Sequence record: DRR723986_22395
Direction: 5' to 3' (one strand)
DNA length: 64,000 nucleotides
Part shown: piece after piece, positions 30,107 through 39,585 of the stretch
Position numbering within the stretch: the stretch's first letter is position 1
How the letters are laid out: the number at the start of each line of letters is the position of its first letter
Notes under the pieces: generated by a model
Databases searched by the model: none
What the model was told of the DNA's origin: nothing
What the model saw: only the letters and a program-made list of their open reading frames with translations
Translations under genes and position numbers: made by a program

Positions 30107-32890
30107 TTGACAACCACATTGAATACCTCAACAATTTATAAAACCCTAGCCCTCCTATTCATAAGTACAGGAGGGCTTTTTGCACTGTATTACCTCATAT
30201 TCGATCCGCAGCCTTACCTCAATATTCAGGCTGGTGCATTTCTGGATACTGTCCCTATTCCTTTTGACTGGGTACAGATAGGACCTATTTCATTTCCAAT
30301 TCAGGTAGACAATTACTTGGTATTCCAAGAGTTCAAGACCTTAGCTCCAGCGTTCCATGTGACAGAATCCTTAATTTATGCAGGGATAGTATGGCTGGCT
30401 GTAGTTTCTGTTTTGACATTAGTCACTGAATTTAAAAAGGCCTATTTTATTCTGGGAGGAATTATTTGGATTGTCCTTCTTACCTTCAGCAATTTCAATG
30501 GATTAAATATCGGAGGACAAAATGCCAATTACCCGCTTATCATTCTTCTAACAGGGACACTACTTCCTTTGATTTATTTTCATCTATGGGGACAAAAAAT
30601 ACACTTGGCCATCAAGTGGCTAATAATTTTTGTTGGGACATTTTCAGCTCTTGCTGTCCTTATCACCCAAAGTCCGATTTCAAATCCGGGAATGTATGTT
30701 TCAGAGCACAGTTTAACGATCGGGTTTGGTCTTGCACTTGCATGGGTATTTTGGAACGGACATGGCATACTTTCAGGAATTTACATCCTGCTTGCAAGGG
30801 CAAACCGCAATCTCAATTTGAATATAACTGTCCAAATTAGTCTCATTGCGTTACTCTATTTAGGCACACTTTTCATAATACTTCTAAACCTACAAGGAGA
30901 AGTTCACCTATCTATTCCTGCATTTTCCCCATTATATTTACTCTTGCCTTTAGGGGTTTTTGGTTGGATTTCTATCGGTGAAAAGGTGAGCCAAAGCGAT
31001 GAGTTGATTTCGACTCCTGCTGTTATTAAAGCATTACATTTAATTGGATTAGGAATTACGCTTTGGTTAGTCTGGAAATTAAAACTATCAGGAAATCAAC
31101 CTGCAGAAGAGCTTTTCAAACACTTATTTGTTTACACGCAGCTTGGTTTCTCATTTTTCTTTTTCATATACCTACTGGCAAACTTCATGTCTGTCATGAA
31201 TTCTGGAAAAGCGATTGACAAAATCCTATACAAACCTTATTCCCTGGTCTATTACCACATTAGGATTGGCGGATTAATAGTAATTCTAGTGCTCATTACC
31301 TATACAGGAGGGATAGTTGGCGTGCAGGCAAATGCCATGTCTAGCAATATTCTAGCGGATTACTATTATCAAGTAGACAAGAAACTGGAAGCTAGTATTT
31401 TATATGAAAATGCATGGATGCGTTATCGTAAAAACCCTAAAGCTAAATTTCTAACTGCACATTTGCTATTGGAACTGAAGCAACCGACTTTAGCTAGACA
31501 ACATTTGGAAGAAAGTTTTACAGAATCACCCCAAATCGATAATATCATACTTTTAAGTGATCGCTTACACCAAGAAAACAAGGTATTTGAGGCTATCTAT
31601 TACTTGGAAAAGGGGCTCACAATTTTCTCTAATGAGCCGCACCTAAGTAACAACTTAAGTTTACTCTACACTAAAGTCAATAAAACATCTGAAGCTCTGG
31701 AATTAATGACTAATTCAGAAAGTGCTGATCCAGTAGTCAGGTCAAATCTAACAGCATTAAAAACCAAACTTGGTCAGCCTGAAGTTAGCCTTACCCGCAA
31801 TTCAGATCTCATATCTCAAATAAATGAATTAGCAGCTTCAAATGCTTTGGCTAATATTCCATCTGAAGAGTTATTGGAATCCTTAAAGGAAGAACTTCAG
31901 CGTGAGACTTCTCCAATGCTAATCAATGCAGGCTGGAGAAATCTGATGTCTGAAATCAATAGAAATAATCCAAGTGAAGACCTGCATATACTCGATAGTA
32001 TAGGCCAAAAACCGGAAATGCTAGCTTACCTGATGTCCATGCAAGAAACTGCGGTAATCAGGAGCATGGCAGCAGGAAGAGTTACAGAGGCAGTAAAAAA
32101 CCTAAATGGATTAGCATTCCGAAACCCCAAAGATGCAGCTTATTACCTACAACTTTCCGGTACTATTTTAGCTCAAAACCTGGATTTTCAAAAAGCAGCG
32201 ATAGAATTTATCGCAGCTGAGGAAAAAGGATTCCAAGGATTTGACACCCATCACTGGAGTATTTTTGGTTTGGCAGGAATGCCGGAAAAAGCAGTGGAAA
32301 TCCGGGAAAAATATCAGGTACTCTACCCAACCTATCTGACAGACGAAGGGCCTATCGTGCCGGAGTATCTAAATATGATCAGCAGATTTCACGAGAGTTC
32401 TGCCCAAAATTTATTGTCTCAATGGCGTACAGCTGAGGAGTCTGCGCTGAAAACGGACATAGCAATCCGCATTATAGTCCACAAAGCACATGGTTTGAGT
32501 CAGGATGATTTGAAAGAATTGGAAAAATATATTTCCGGAAAAATCGAGGCTAATGAAGACCTGAAAACTTTTGTCGATAATCCGGATCTCACTGATGAGG
32601 CTTCAGTAGTGGCTTTTATCTCCTGGATAAATTCTGGAGAGGAACCAACAGCCAACCCATACCTTAGCCCATTGATTATTAGTGAATTACATAAAGTAAC
32701 AGATCCTTTGGATCAATATGAAATCCTAAATTCAGCGACCGAATTCAATCATGACCCTATACTTTGGTTTAACAAAATCAAAGCTGCCAGAGAAAGTGGA
32801 TTGGACAATTATGCCGATGAATCCCTGGAAATACTGAAGCAATGGGTCAGCGAAGAGGAACTTGTACGCCTACAAAACTTGAACTATTGA
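30107..32890 (+). CDS. Large hypothetical protein: N-terminal polytopic membrane domain plus C-terminal TPR-like helical region
   Basis: About 10-12 hydrophobic segments in the first ~410 aa, then TPR-like repeats (EAIYYLEKGL...HLSNNLSLLY); TTG start. Confidence 0.75.
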   Translation: MTTTLNTSTIYKTLALLFISTGGLFALYYLIFDPQPYLNIQAGAFLDTVPIPFDWVQIGPISFPIQVDNYLVFQEFKTLAPAFHVTESLIYAGIVWLAVVSVLTLVTEFKKAYFILGGIIWIVLLTFSNFNGLNIGGQNANYPLIILLTGTLLPLIYFHLWGQKIHLAIKWLIIFVGTFSALAVLITQSPISNPGMYVSEHSLTIGFGLALAWVFWNGHGILSGIYILLARANRNLNLNITVQISLIALLYLGTLFIILLNLQGEVHLSIPAFSPLYLLLPLGVFGWISIGEKVSQSDELISTPAVIKALHLIGLGITLWLVWKLKLSGNQPAEELFKHLFVYTQLGFSFFFFIYLLANFMSVMNSGKAIDKILYKPYSLVYYHIRIGGLIVILVLITYTGGIVGVQANAMSSNILADYYYQVDKKLEASILYENAWMRYRKNPKAKFLTAHLLLELKQPTLARQHLEESFTESPQIDNIILLSDRLHQENKVFEAIYYLEKGLTIFSNEPHLSNNLSLLYTKVNKTSEALELMTNSESADPVVRSNLTALKTKLGQPEVSLTRNSDLISQINELAASNALANIPSEELLESLKEELQRETSPMLINAGWRNLMSEINRNNPSEDLHILDSIGQKPEMLAYLMSMQETAVIRSMAAGRVTEAVKNLNGLAFRNPKDAAYYLQLSGTILAQNLDFQKAAIEFIAAEEKGFQGFDTHHWSIFGLAGMPEKAVEIREKYQVLYPTYLTDEGPIVPEYLNMISRFHESSAQNLLSQWRTAEESALKTDIAIRIIVHKAHGLSQDDLKELEKYISGKIEANEDLKTFVDNPDLTDEASVVAFISWINSGEEPTANPYLSPLIISELHKVTDPLDQYEILNSATEFNHDPILWFNKIKAARESGLDNYADESLEILKQWVSEEELVRLQNLNY

Positions 32891-32965
32891 ATCCTATTAA
32901 CGTTTTTTGTGAGGGAGGAAATTAACTTCCCAATCCAAACAGGTAACTTTAGCAAAACCCCAGCC

Positions 32966-33682
32966 ATGAAGAAAATTATTGAAACCCACGAAATAAATAA
33001 AACATATAAGATGGGTGCTGAAATTATTCAAGCCCTCAAGTCTGTCTCCATTTCTGTGAACAAAGGAGAATATGTCGCTTTCATGGGACCTTCAGGATCG
33101 GGTAAATCCACATTGATGAATATCATAGGTTGCTTGGATACGCCTACTTCGGGAACTTATATTTTGAATGACAAAGACGTCTCAGACATGACTGAGAACG
33201 AACTGGCTGAAATTCGGAATAAGGAAATCGGATTTGTCTTCCAGACATTCAACCTTCTACCTAGAGCAAGCTGTCTTGAAAATGTGGCACTCCCATTGGT
33301 ATATGCAGGCATGAGCAAGTCAGATCGGGAAGACATTGCATTTCAGGCACTCACCAACGTGGGACTTGGGGACAGGACCAAGCACCGCCCGAATGAGCTT
33401 TCCGGTGGTCAAAGACAGCGTGTTGCAATAGCTAGAGCGCTAGTTAATAATCCAAGTATCATTCTTGCCGATGAGCCTACAGGAAACTTGGACTCCAAAA
33501 CTTCATATGATATCATGGAGCTTTTTCATGAGTTGCACTCGAAAGGGAACACCATCATCATGGTAACTCACGAAGATGACATCGCTCATTATGCTCATAG
33601 GATCGTAAGATTACGTGATGGATTGGTAGAAACGGACACAATAAACCCGAATCCTACCCGCGGAATTGCAATGCACGTCTAA
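32966..33682 (+). CDS. ABC transporter ATP-binding protein (MacB/LolD-like)
   Basis: [31 protein letters not shown]. Confidence 0.93.
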   Translation: MKKIIETHEINKTYKMGAEIIQALKSVSISVNKGEYVAFMGPSGSGKSTLMNIIGCLDTPTSGTYILNDKDVSDMTENELAEIRNKEIGFVFQTFNLLPRASCLENVALPLVYAGMSKSDREDIAFQALTNVGLGDRTKHRPNELSGGQRQRVAIARALVNNPSIILADEPTGNLDSKTSYDIMELFHELHSKGNTIIMVTHEDDIAHYAHRIVRLRDGLVETDTINPNPTRGIAMHV

Positions 33683-33742
33683 TCACACCTTATAATTTCA
33701 AATAGATTCTTATTTTTGTCCAAAGAGAATCAGGGCAAAAAG

Positions 33743-34294
33743 ATGAAAATCTATACGAAGACAGGAGACGAAGGACAAACCTCACTTTTAGGTGGAACGA
33801 GAGTTCCAAAGTTCGATGTTAGAATTGATGCTTATGGCACAGTGGACGAACTCAATTCGTACATTGGGATGCTTGGTGATCAGGAAGTAAACTGGATGAG
33901 AGCAGAGATACTGAAAGAAATCCAGGATAGACTATTCACCATAGGAGCAGATCTGGCTACAGATCCAGCCAAGCAAAACGTCAAAAAGCCTGATTTGCTA
34001 AAATCAGATATTGAAATGCTGGAAAAGCAAATCGATGAGATGGAAAAAGCACTTCCCCCACTTACCTCCTTTATTCTCCCTGGAGGACATACTTCAGTTT
34101 CTTTTGGACATCTGGCCAGAACTGTCTGCAGAAGAACTGAACGGATAGTGACAGAGCTTGCCGCAATGGAACCCGTCTCCGAATTAATCATTCAATACCT
34201 GAACAGACTTTCTGATTACCTTTTTGTGCTTTGCAGAAAAATGGCACAGGAACTCAACGTAAATGAAGTAATCTGGAATCCCAGAAATAAATAA
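33743..34294 (+). CDS. ATP:cob(I)alamin adenosyltransferase (PduO type)
   Basis: KIYTKTGDEG, YGTVDELNS, RTVCRRTER, YLNRLSDYLF. Confidence 0.92.
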   Translation: MKIYTKTGDEGQTSLLGGTRVPKFDVRIDAYGTVDELNSYIGMLGDQEVNWMRAEILKEIQDRLFTIGADLATDPAKQNVKKPDLLKSDIEMLEKQIDEMEKALPPLTSFILPGGHTSVSFGHLARTVCRRTERIVTELAAMEPVSELIIQYLNRLSDYLFVLCRKMAQELNVNEVIWNPRNK

Positions 34295-34332
34295 TTAGCT
34301 ACCTTGGCTCAGCCAGTTTAAAGGCAAAACAA

Positions 34333-35400
34333 ATGAAGACACAACTTGCCCTACCGATAACTAAAGTTCAGAACTCTAGATTGCCGGAAACAGATTTTTC
34401 CAACTTGGTATTTGGACGCACCATCAGCGACCACATGTTTGTGGCGGATTATAAAAACGGCGAATGGACTGACCTAAGGATAGAACCTTATGGCCCACTC
34501 AGCATCAATCCTGCCAATGCAACCCTTCACTATGGCCAATCTATTTTTGAAGGAATGAAAGCATATAGAAATGATGAGGGTAAAATCCTGGTCTTTCGTG
34601 CAAATGCAAACTGGAAAAGGCTGAATGAATCAGCCGACCGTATGTGCATGCCTGAACTTCCTGAAGAGATCTTTATGGAAGGACTAGCTCAGTTGGTTGA
34701 TTTAGACAGAGATTGGGTACCTAAAGCAAAAGGTGCGTCACTTTATGTGAGACCTTTTATGTTTGCTACGGATGACTACATCGGGGTAAAGCCATCCGAC
34801 ACCTATAAGTTTATCATACTCACTTGTCCGGTGGGCAACTACTATAGCAAGCCAGTAAGTGTAAAAGTAGAAACTACCTTCACCCGAGCTACAGAAGGAG
34901 GAACTGGTGCCGCCAAAACTGCCGGCAATTATGCAGCTTCCCTTTATCCTGCCCGCCAAGCTCAAAAGGCAGGATATGATCAGCTTCTTTGGACAGATGG
35001 TAAATCCCATAGCAAAATCGAGGAAAGCGGTACGATGAACATCATGTTTAAAATCAATGGGACTTTAATCACAGCACCTACCAATACAGGAACAATTTTG
35101 AAAGGAATCACCAGAGATTCCGTTATACAATTGGCAAAAGATTGGAATGAGCCACTAGAAGAAAGGTTTCTGACAGTTTCAGAATTAGAAACTGCACTTC
35201 AAAATGGAACTATCGAGGAGGCTTTCGGAACAGGAACAGCAGCTACCATTGCACATGTTCAACGTATCAACGTAAATGGCAAAGATTACCTCCTTCCAAA
35301 CAAATCCGATGATGCTTTCTCACATAGAGTTCTTGCAGAATTAGATGGAATCAAATATGGCAGCATAGCAGATACTCATGATTGGATAATTTCGATTTAA
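34333..35400 (+). CDS. ilvE: Branched-chain amino acid aminotransferase
   Basis: LHYGQSIFEGMKAY, AKTAGNYA, EESGTMN, ILKGITR, GTGTAA. Confidence 0.93.
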   Translation: MKTQLALPITKVQNSRLPETDFSNLVFGRTISDHMFVADYKNGEWTDLRIEPYGPLSINPANATLHYGQSIFEGMKAYRNDEGKILVFRANANWKRLNESADRMCMPELPEEIFMEGLAQLVDLDRDWVPKAKGASLYVRPFMFATDDYIGVKPSDTYKFIILTCPVGNYYSKPVSVKVETTFTRATEGGTGAAKTAGNYAASLYPARQAQKAGYDQLLWTDGKSHSKIEESGTMNIMFKINGTLITAPTNTGTILKGITRDSVIQLAKDWNEPLEERFLTVSELETALQNGTIEEAFGTGTAATIAHVQRINVNGKDYLLPNKSDDAFSHRVLAELDGIKYGSIADTHDWIISI

Positions 35401-35420
35401 TTTCTGCTTCAAAAGCTAGC

Positions 35421-35457
35421 AAAAAAGGCTGTCTATTAAAGTAGACAGCCTTTTTTT
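35421..35457. terminator. Bidirectional intrinsic terminator
   Basis: AAAAAAGGCTGTCTA...TAGACAGCCTTTTTT between convergent genes. Confidence 0.9.
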
Positions 35458-35843
35458 CATTCAGTAGGAACAGGATTTTGGACCTTGAGAATCTTAAGTT
35501 TCTTTAGTCCACCTGGCAACACCCATTCGATCTCCATTCCTTCTTGAAAGCCTATTAGCGCCACACCCAAAGGAGAAAGTATAGACAGTCTTTTCTCTGC
35601 CAAGTTCCCCAACTTTGGAAGGACCAATTGAAAATTCAAAAGTTTGCCGGATGCTACATCCTGTACTTCAAAATATGAATTGAGGCGAATGACTTGAGGT
35701 TCTAATTTGGAATCAGGAATTTTCTTAGCTAGCTCAATTTCTTTTGCAAGCAGTGAAATCTCTTTTGTTATAAGATGATGAGGAGTATTTAGGATTAATT
35801 CTTTAATCGTATTATAGTCGGATTTTGTGAGTATTGGCTTCAT
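35457..35843 (-). CDS. Rnk-like short GreA/GreB-family factor
   Basis: C-terminal Gre domain (LVLP...SILSPLGVALIG...IEW.LPGG) with only a short N-terminal helix. Confidence 0.85.
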   Translation of the reverse strand: MKPILTKSDYNTIKELILNTPHHLITKEISLLAKEIELAKKIPDSKLEPQVIRLNSYFEVQDVASGKLLNFQLVLPKLGNLAEKRLSILSPLGVALIGFQEGMEIEWVLPGGLKKLKILKVQNPVPTE

Positions 35844-35965
35844 TTGTTTAAGAATAAAAATGTGATGTCTTGATAAAGAGGTGAGTACTTACGCTATGCA
35901 AGAGAAATAAGCTAGGCTGCTTTGGAAAATTGCCCTGCTTACGTAATCCTAATAATCACTGAGGG

Positions 35966-36070
35966 CTAAGAAATAAAGGCTTTATTCTTTTGACAAATCG
36001 CACAATTATCCTGTTTGGCAACTACGGCTGCAAAAGAATTAGATAAAAAGATAATTGTAGTGTAAAACAT
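35966..36070 (-). CDS. Candidate 34-aa leader peptide with a CxxC motif, upstream of the rnk-like gene
   Basis: MFYTTIIFLSNSFAAVVAKQDNCAICQKNKAFIS*; position and orientation suggest a leader; translation unproven. Confidence 0.35.
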   Translation of the reverse strand: MFYTTIIFLSNSFAAVVAKQDNCAICQKNKAFIS

Positions 36071-36340
36071 TGCTTTACTAAAGAGTTGTCTGTTTATGCT
36101 CTTTTGAGAAGATTGAACAGAAGATTGAACAATCACGAAAACGTATTTACGGATCAATGCCTAGAAGGTTTACTTTTGCCAAATTGAAAAAAGACAGGTG
36201 GGTCTGACAAACCACGGCTGTTGAGCTGGTCGACATTAAGCCTCTTAATCAAATCAAGCTAACAATTGTAGGAAAATCTACTATTCGTCAAAGATTTAAC
36301 AGTTTAACTAAAGAAAAATTTCAAAATTGTTTTTACTTAG

Positions 36341-36442
36341 TATGTATATCCGCCTTTTTACCAGAATGGTGGTAAAAGCAATGTAAGATATGTTAACCTT
36401 AAGAATTGTAGCCACTTCAGCCTATCCCGCCAATGCGGGAGT
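36341..36442 (+). repeat. Dispersed intergenic element, copy B (with terminal CCCGC-caat-GCGGG hairpin)
   Basis: Gap-free alignment to 54082-54183, 83/102 identities by hand count. Confidence 0.88.
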
Positions 36443-36540
36443 TTTCAGTCTCCCTGTAGCTATCGAGAGGTCTATCAACTTGATAAGCAAAGAATCTAAA
36501 GTGACTGGCATCATAGCGTATAATCATCTTATTTAGTATT

Positions 36541-37047
36541 ATGAAAAGACTTTTAGTTCTTTTGATCATTTTTACAGCCTCGCTTTCCACATTTGCGCAA
36601 GGAACAGATTTCATTCTTCTCAAAAGAGGCACAAAACAAAAATCTCAGATCCGATATTATCCTGGAGAATCAATTACATATAAGAGTAAGAAAATAGATT
36701 ACTTCGTAACAGATGTAATTCAAAGTATCGATCAAAACTTCATATATCTCTCTGAAAACATCCTCTCTCCTGAGTCGATCACTGAGCTGGATATTCGTGA
36801 TAAAGATCGCCGAAATGGCACCTTAAGAGCTATCAATGTGCTAATTGCAGGAGCTGGGATCATCTTGCTAGGAGCCGAGTCTATCAATAGCATTTACCAC
36901 GAACAGGAATTCTCTATCAGTAAAGGTGTTGGTCTCACTTCTGGGATTTTACTAGGAACAGGACTTGCCATGCTTCCTTTGCGATACAAAACATTCAAAA
37001 ACACTGGCCGAAATAAGATTCAGTTGATCCAAATGAGAATGGATTAA
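36541..37047 (+). CDS. Hypothetical secreted/membrane protein
   Basis: Signal peptide (STFA-Q) and two C-terminal glycine-rich hydrophobic segments. Confidence 0.75.
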   Translation: MKRLLVLLIIFTASLSTFAQGTDFILLKRGTKQKSQIRYYPGESITYKSKKIDYFVTDVIQSIDQNFIYLSENILSPESITELDIRDKDRRNGTLRAINVLIAGAGIILLGAESINSIYHEQEFSISKGVGLTSGILLGTGLAMLPLRYKTFKNTGRNKIQLIQMRMD

Positions 37048-37113
37048 TAGAAGTTTACTGGTATAAACAGATATTTTTTCGGACTTTTGCACCCTAAATT
37101 TTAACCTAGACAG

Positions 37114-38215
37114 ATGACTTCAGAACAACTGAAAGACTTGAAAGCCCGCACATCGGCTTTGAGGAGGTATCTTTGACTACGATCGTAAGATTGCCGAAAT
37201 AGAAGACCTAGAGGCCGTATCGGCCCAGCCTGATTTTTGGAATAACCCAGAAGAGGCAGAAAAAAGCATGAAGCAGATTCAGGCACGTAAAGCTTGGACC
37301 AGTTCATTCGAATCTCTCAATAAAACCATAGAGGATCTCGACGTTTTATTTGAATTCTACAGCGCAGATGAAGTTTCTGAAGAAGAAATGAAAGCTGAGT
37401 ACGTAAAAGCTGAGGCTGCCGTACAAGAGCTGGAACTCAAAAAAATGCTCTCTTCGGAAGAGGATCAGCTGAACGCAGTGCTAGAAATCAATCCGGGAGC
37501 CGGAGGAACAGAGAGTAATGACTGGGCTTCGATCCTCATGAGAATGTACATCATGTGGGGTGAGAAAAACGGTTACAAAGTGAAGGAAGTGGATATGCAG
37601 CCCGGTGAAGTAGCCGGTATCAAATCTTGTACTCTGGAGTTTGAAGGTCCGCTCGCTTATGGATTCTTGAAATCTGAGACAGGTGTTCACCGACTAGTGC
37701 GAATCTCACCTTTCGACTCTGGCGGAAGAAGGCATACCTCTTTTGCTTCGGTGTATGCCTATCCGGAAGTGGATGATTCCATAGAAATCGAAATCAATCC
37801 TGCCGACGTGGAGTTGCATACCTCACGATCAGGTGGAGCTGGTGGACAAAACGTGAACAAGGTAGAAACCAAAGTTCAGTTGACACACAAGCCAACAGGA
37901 ATCGTGGTGGTGTGTCAGATCGAGCGTTCCCAACTTGCTAACAGGGAGAAAGCAATGCAAATGCTGAAATCCCGCTTGTTCCAGCTGGAATTGGAGAAGA
38001 GAAATGCGGAAATCGCAAAGATCGAATCATCTAAGATGCGGGTAGATTTTGGATCACAGATCCGTAACTATGTGCTTCATCCGTATAAGCTGGTAAAAGA
38101 CAACCGAACTGGATTTGAAACCTCAGACACCCAGCATGTGCTGGACGGAGGATTAAATGAGTTTATGAAAGCTTTCCTCCTAGCGCAGAGCGAAGAGCAA
38201 GCAAGTAAAGAGTAA
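37114..38215 (+). CDS. prfB: Peptide chain release factor 2 (programmed +1 frameshift after codon 20)
   Basis: [20 protein letters not shown], then CTT-TGA-C at 37171-37177 preceded by AGGAGG; the +1 frame continues into SPF and GGQ motifs. Confidence 0.96.
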
Positions 38216-38220
38216 TATTT

Positions 38221-38248
38221 AGGCCAGGCATTAATCCTGGCCTTTTTT
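38221..38248 (+). terminator. Intrinsic terminator of prfB
   Basis: AGGCCAGG...CCTGGCCT plus T-run. Confidence 0.85.
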
Positions 38249-38262
38249 CTATTATAGTTTTT

Positions 38263-39447
38263 ATGAAAACAAGCTCTTCATTTTTCTCCCTAGATTTTTC
38301 TCTCCTTTGCCTGAGCTCGTTCTTGTTTTTCTCATCCTTCAATATGATTATCCCTGAGCTACCTGCGTATTTAACATCGCTTGGAGGTGAAGACTACAAA
38401 GGATTTATCATTGCTTTATTTACACTTTCAGCAGGTCTTTCCAGACCTTTCAGTGGAAAGCTCGCAGATAAAATCGGAAGAATACCGGTAATGATGATCG
38501 GAGCAAGCGTCTGCTTTGTGGTTGGAATGCTATATCCCCTTCTCAGCTTTGTAGGAGGATTCTTATTTCTACGATTTGCACATGGATTCTCTACAGGCTT
38601 TACTCCTACTGGAGCTTCGGCTTATGTAGCAGACATCGTCCCCTACCAAAAACGTGGTGAAGCAATGGGTCTGTTTTCCCTTTTCGGATCTATGGGAATG
38701 GCAGCTGGACCAGCAATCGGCGGTTGGCTGGCCACATTATTCCCTTTAGAAACAGTCTTCTATGTTTCTGCCTTTACCGCTATATTTTCCATTTTGATTC
38801 TACTCAAACTCAAAGAAACACTACCAAACAAAGAGCGGATTTCTTTGAACATGTGCAAATTAAAGAAGGATGAAATCATAGAAAAAAGAGTGCTTGTGCC
38901 TTCAGGAATTCTCTTTCTCTGCGCTTTTTCCTTTGGTGTAGTTCTTACGATCATTCCGGATTTCTCCACTCACCTAGGTATAGAGAACAAAGGGCTTTTC
39001 TTTGGGGTATTCACTCTTTCATCGCTTGGAATCAGATTGTTGGCAGGAAAAACCTCAGATCGATACGGAAGAGTGCCAGTTATGCGAGCTGCGAGCGCGA
39101 CATTGGTATGCGCTATGATTTTGATAGGCCTTGCAGAAAGCAAGATTGCTTTAATGGGATCAGGGATACTTTTTGGATGTGCTGTGGGCATGTATAGCCC
39201 AACGACTGCAGCATGGGTGGTAGATTTATCACTGGATCAATTCAGGGGAAGAGCCTTAGCGACTATGTATATTGCTCTTGAGGCCGGTATTGGCATTGGT
39301 GCTCTGGTATCAGGCTTTCTCTTTGCAAATAGCGCAGACAACTTCCAATTGGTTTTTCTAAGCAGTGCTGGAATTGCAGGATTGGCGTTTGTGGGGCTGC
39401 TTTTTGTGAGAAATAAACAGGGCGTATCGTTGGAAGAATATATGTAG
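38263..39447 (+). CDS. MFS transporter
   Basis: About 12 TM helices; GKLADKIGR and GKTSDRYGR MFS motif A. Confidence 0.9.
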   Translation: MKTSSSFFSLDFSLLCLSSFLFFSSFNMIIPELPAYLTSLGGEDYKGFIIALFTLSAGLSRPFSGKLADKIGRIPVMMIGASVCFVVGMLYPLLSFVGGFLFLRFAHGFSTGFTPTGASAYVADIVPYQKRGEAMGLFSLFGSMGMAAGPAIGGWLATLFPLETVFYVSAFTAIFSILILLKLKETLPNKERISLNMCKLKKDEIIEKRVLVPSGILFLCAFSFGVVLTIIPDFSTHLGIENKGLFFGVFTLSSLGIRLLAGKTSDRYGRVPVMRAASATLVCAMILIGLAESKIALMGSGILFGCAVGMYSPTTAAWVVDLSLDQFRGRALATMYIALEAGIGIGALVSGFLFANSADNFQLVFLSSAGIAGLAFVGLLFVRNKQGVSLEEYM

Positions 39448-39450
39448 GTA

Positions 39451-39562
39451 TTTCCCGCAGATAAACGCCGATAAAACCGCAGATTTTACGCAGATCTTAA
39501 AGGTTTTACTTAAAAATCAGCGATAATCTGCGCGCTAAAAATCAGCGATAATCTGCGGGAAA
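39451..39562. repeat. REP-like palindromic element built from CGCAGAT heptamer units
   Basis: TTTCCCGCAGAT...ATCTGCGGGAAA ends; four CGC(A/C)GAT units on the left mirrored by four ATC(A/T)GCG units on the right. Confidence 0.85.
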
Positions 39563-39585
39563 ATTCCTGGAAACTCATGGAAAAC

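Noticed and set aside
36371-36398. dif-like 11-6-11 arrangement (GGTAAAAGCAA TGTAAG ATATGTTAACC) inside element copy B
   Set aside because: Only the right arm resembles a XerD site, and copies A and C diverge at those positions; insufficient support.
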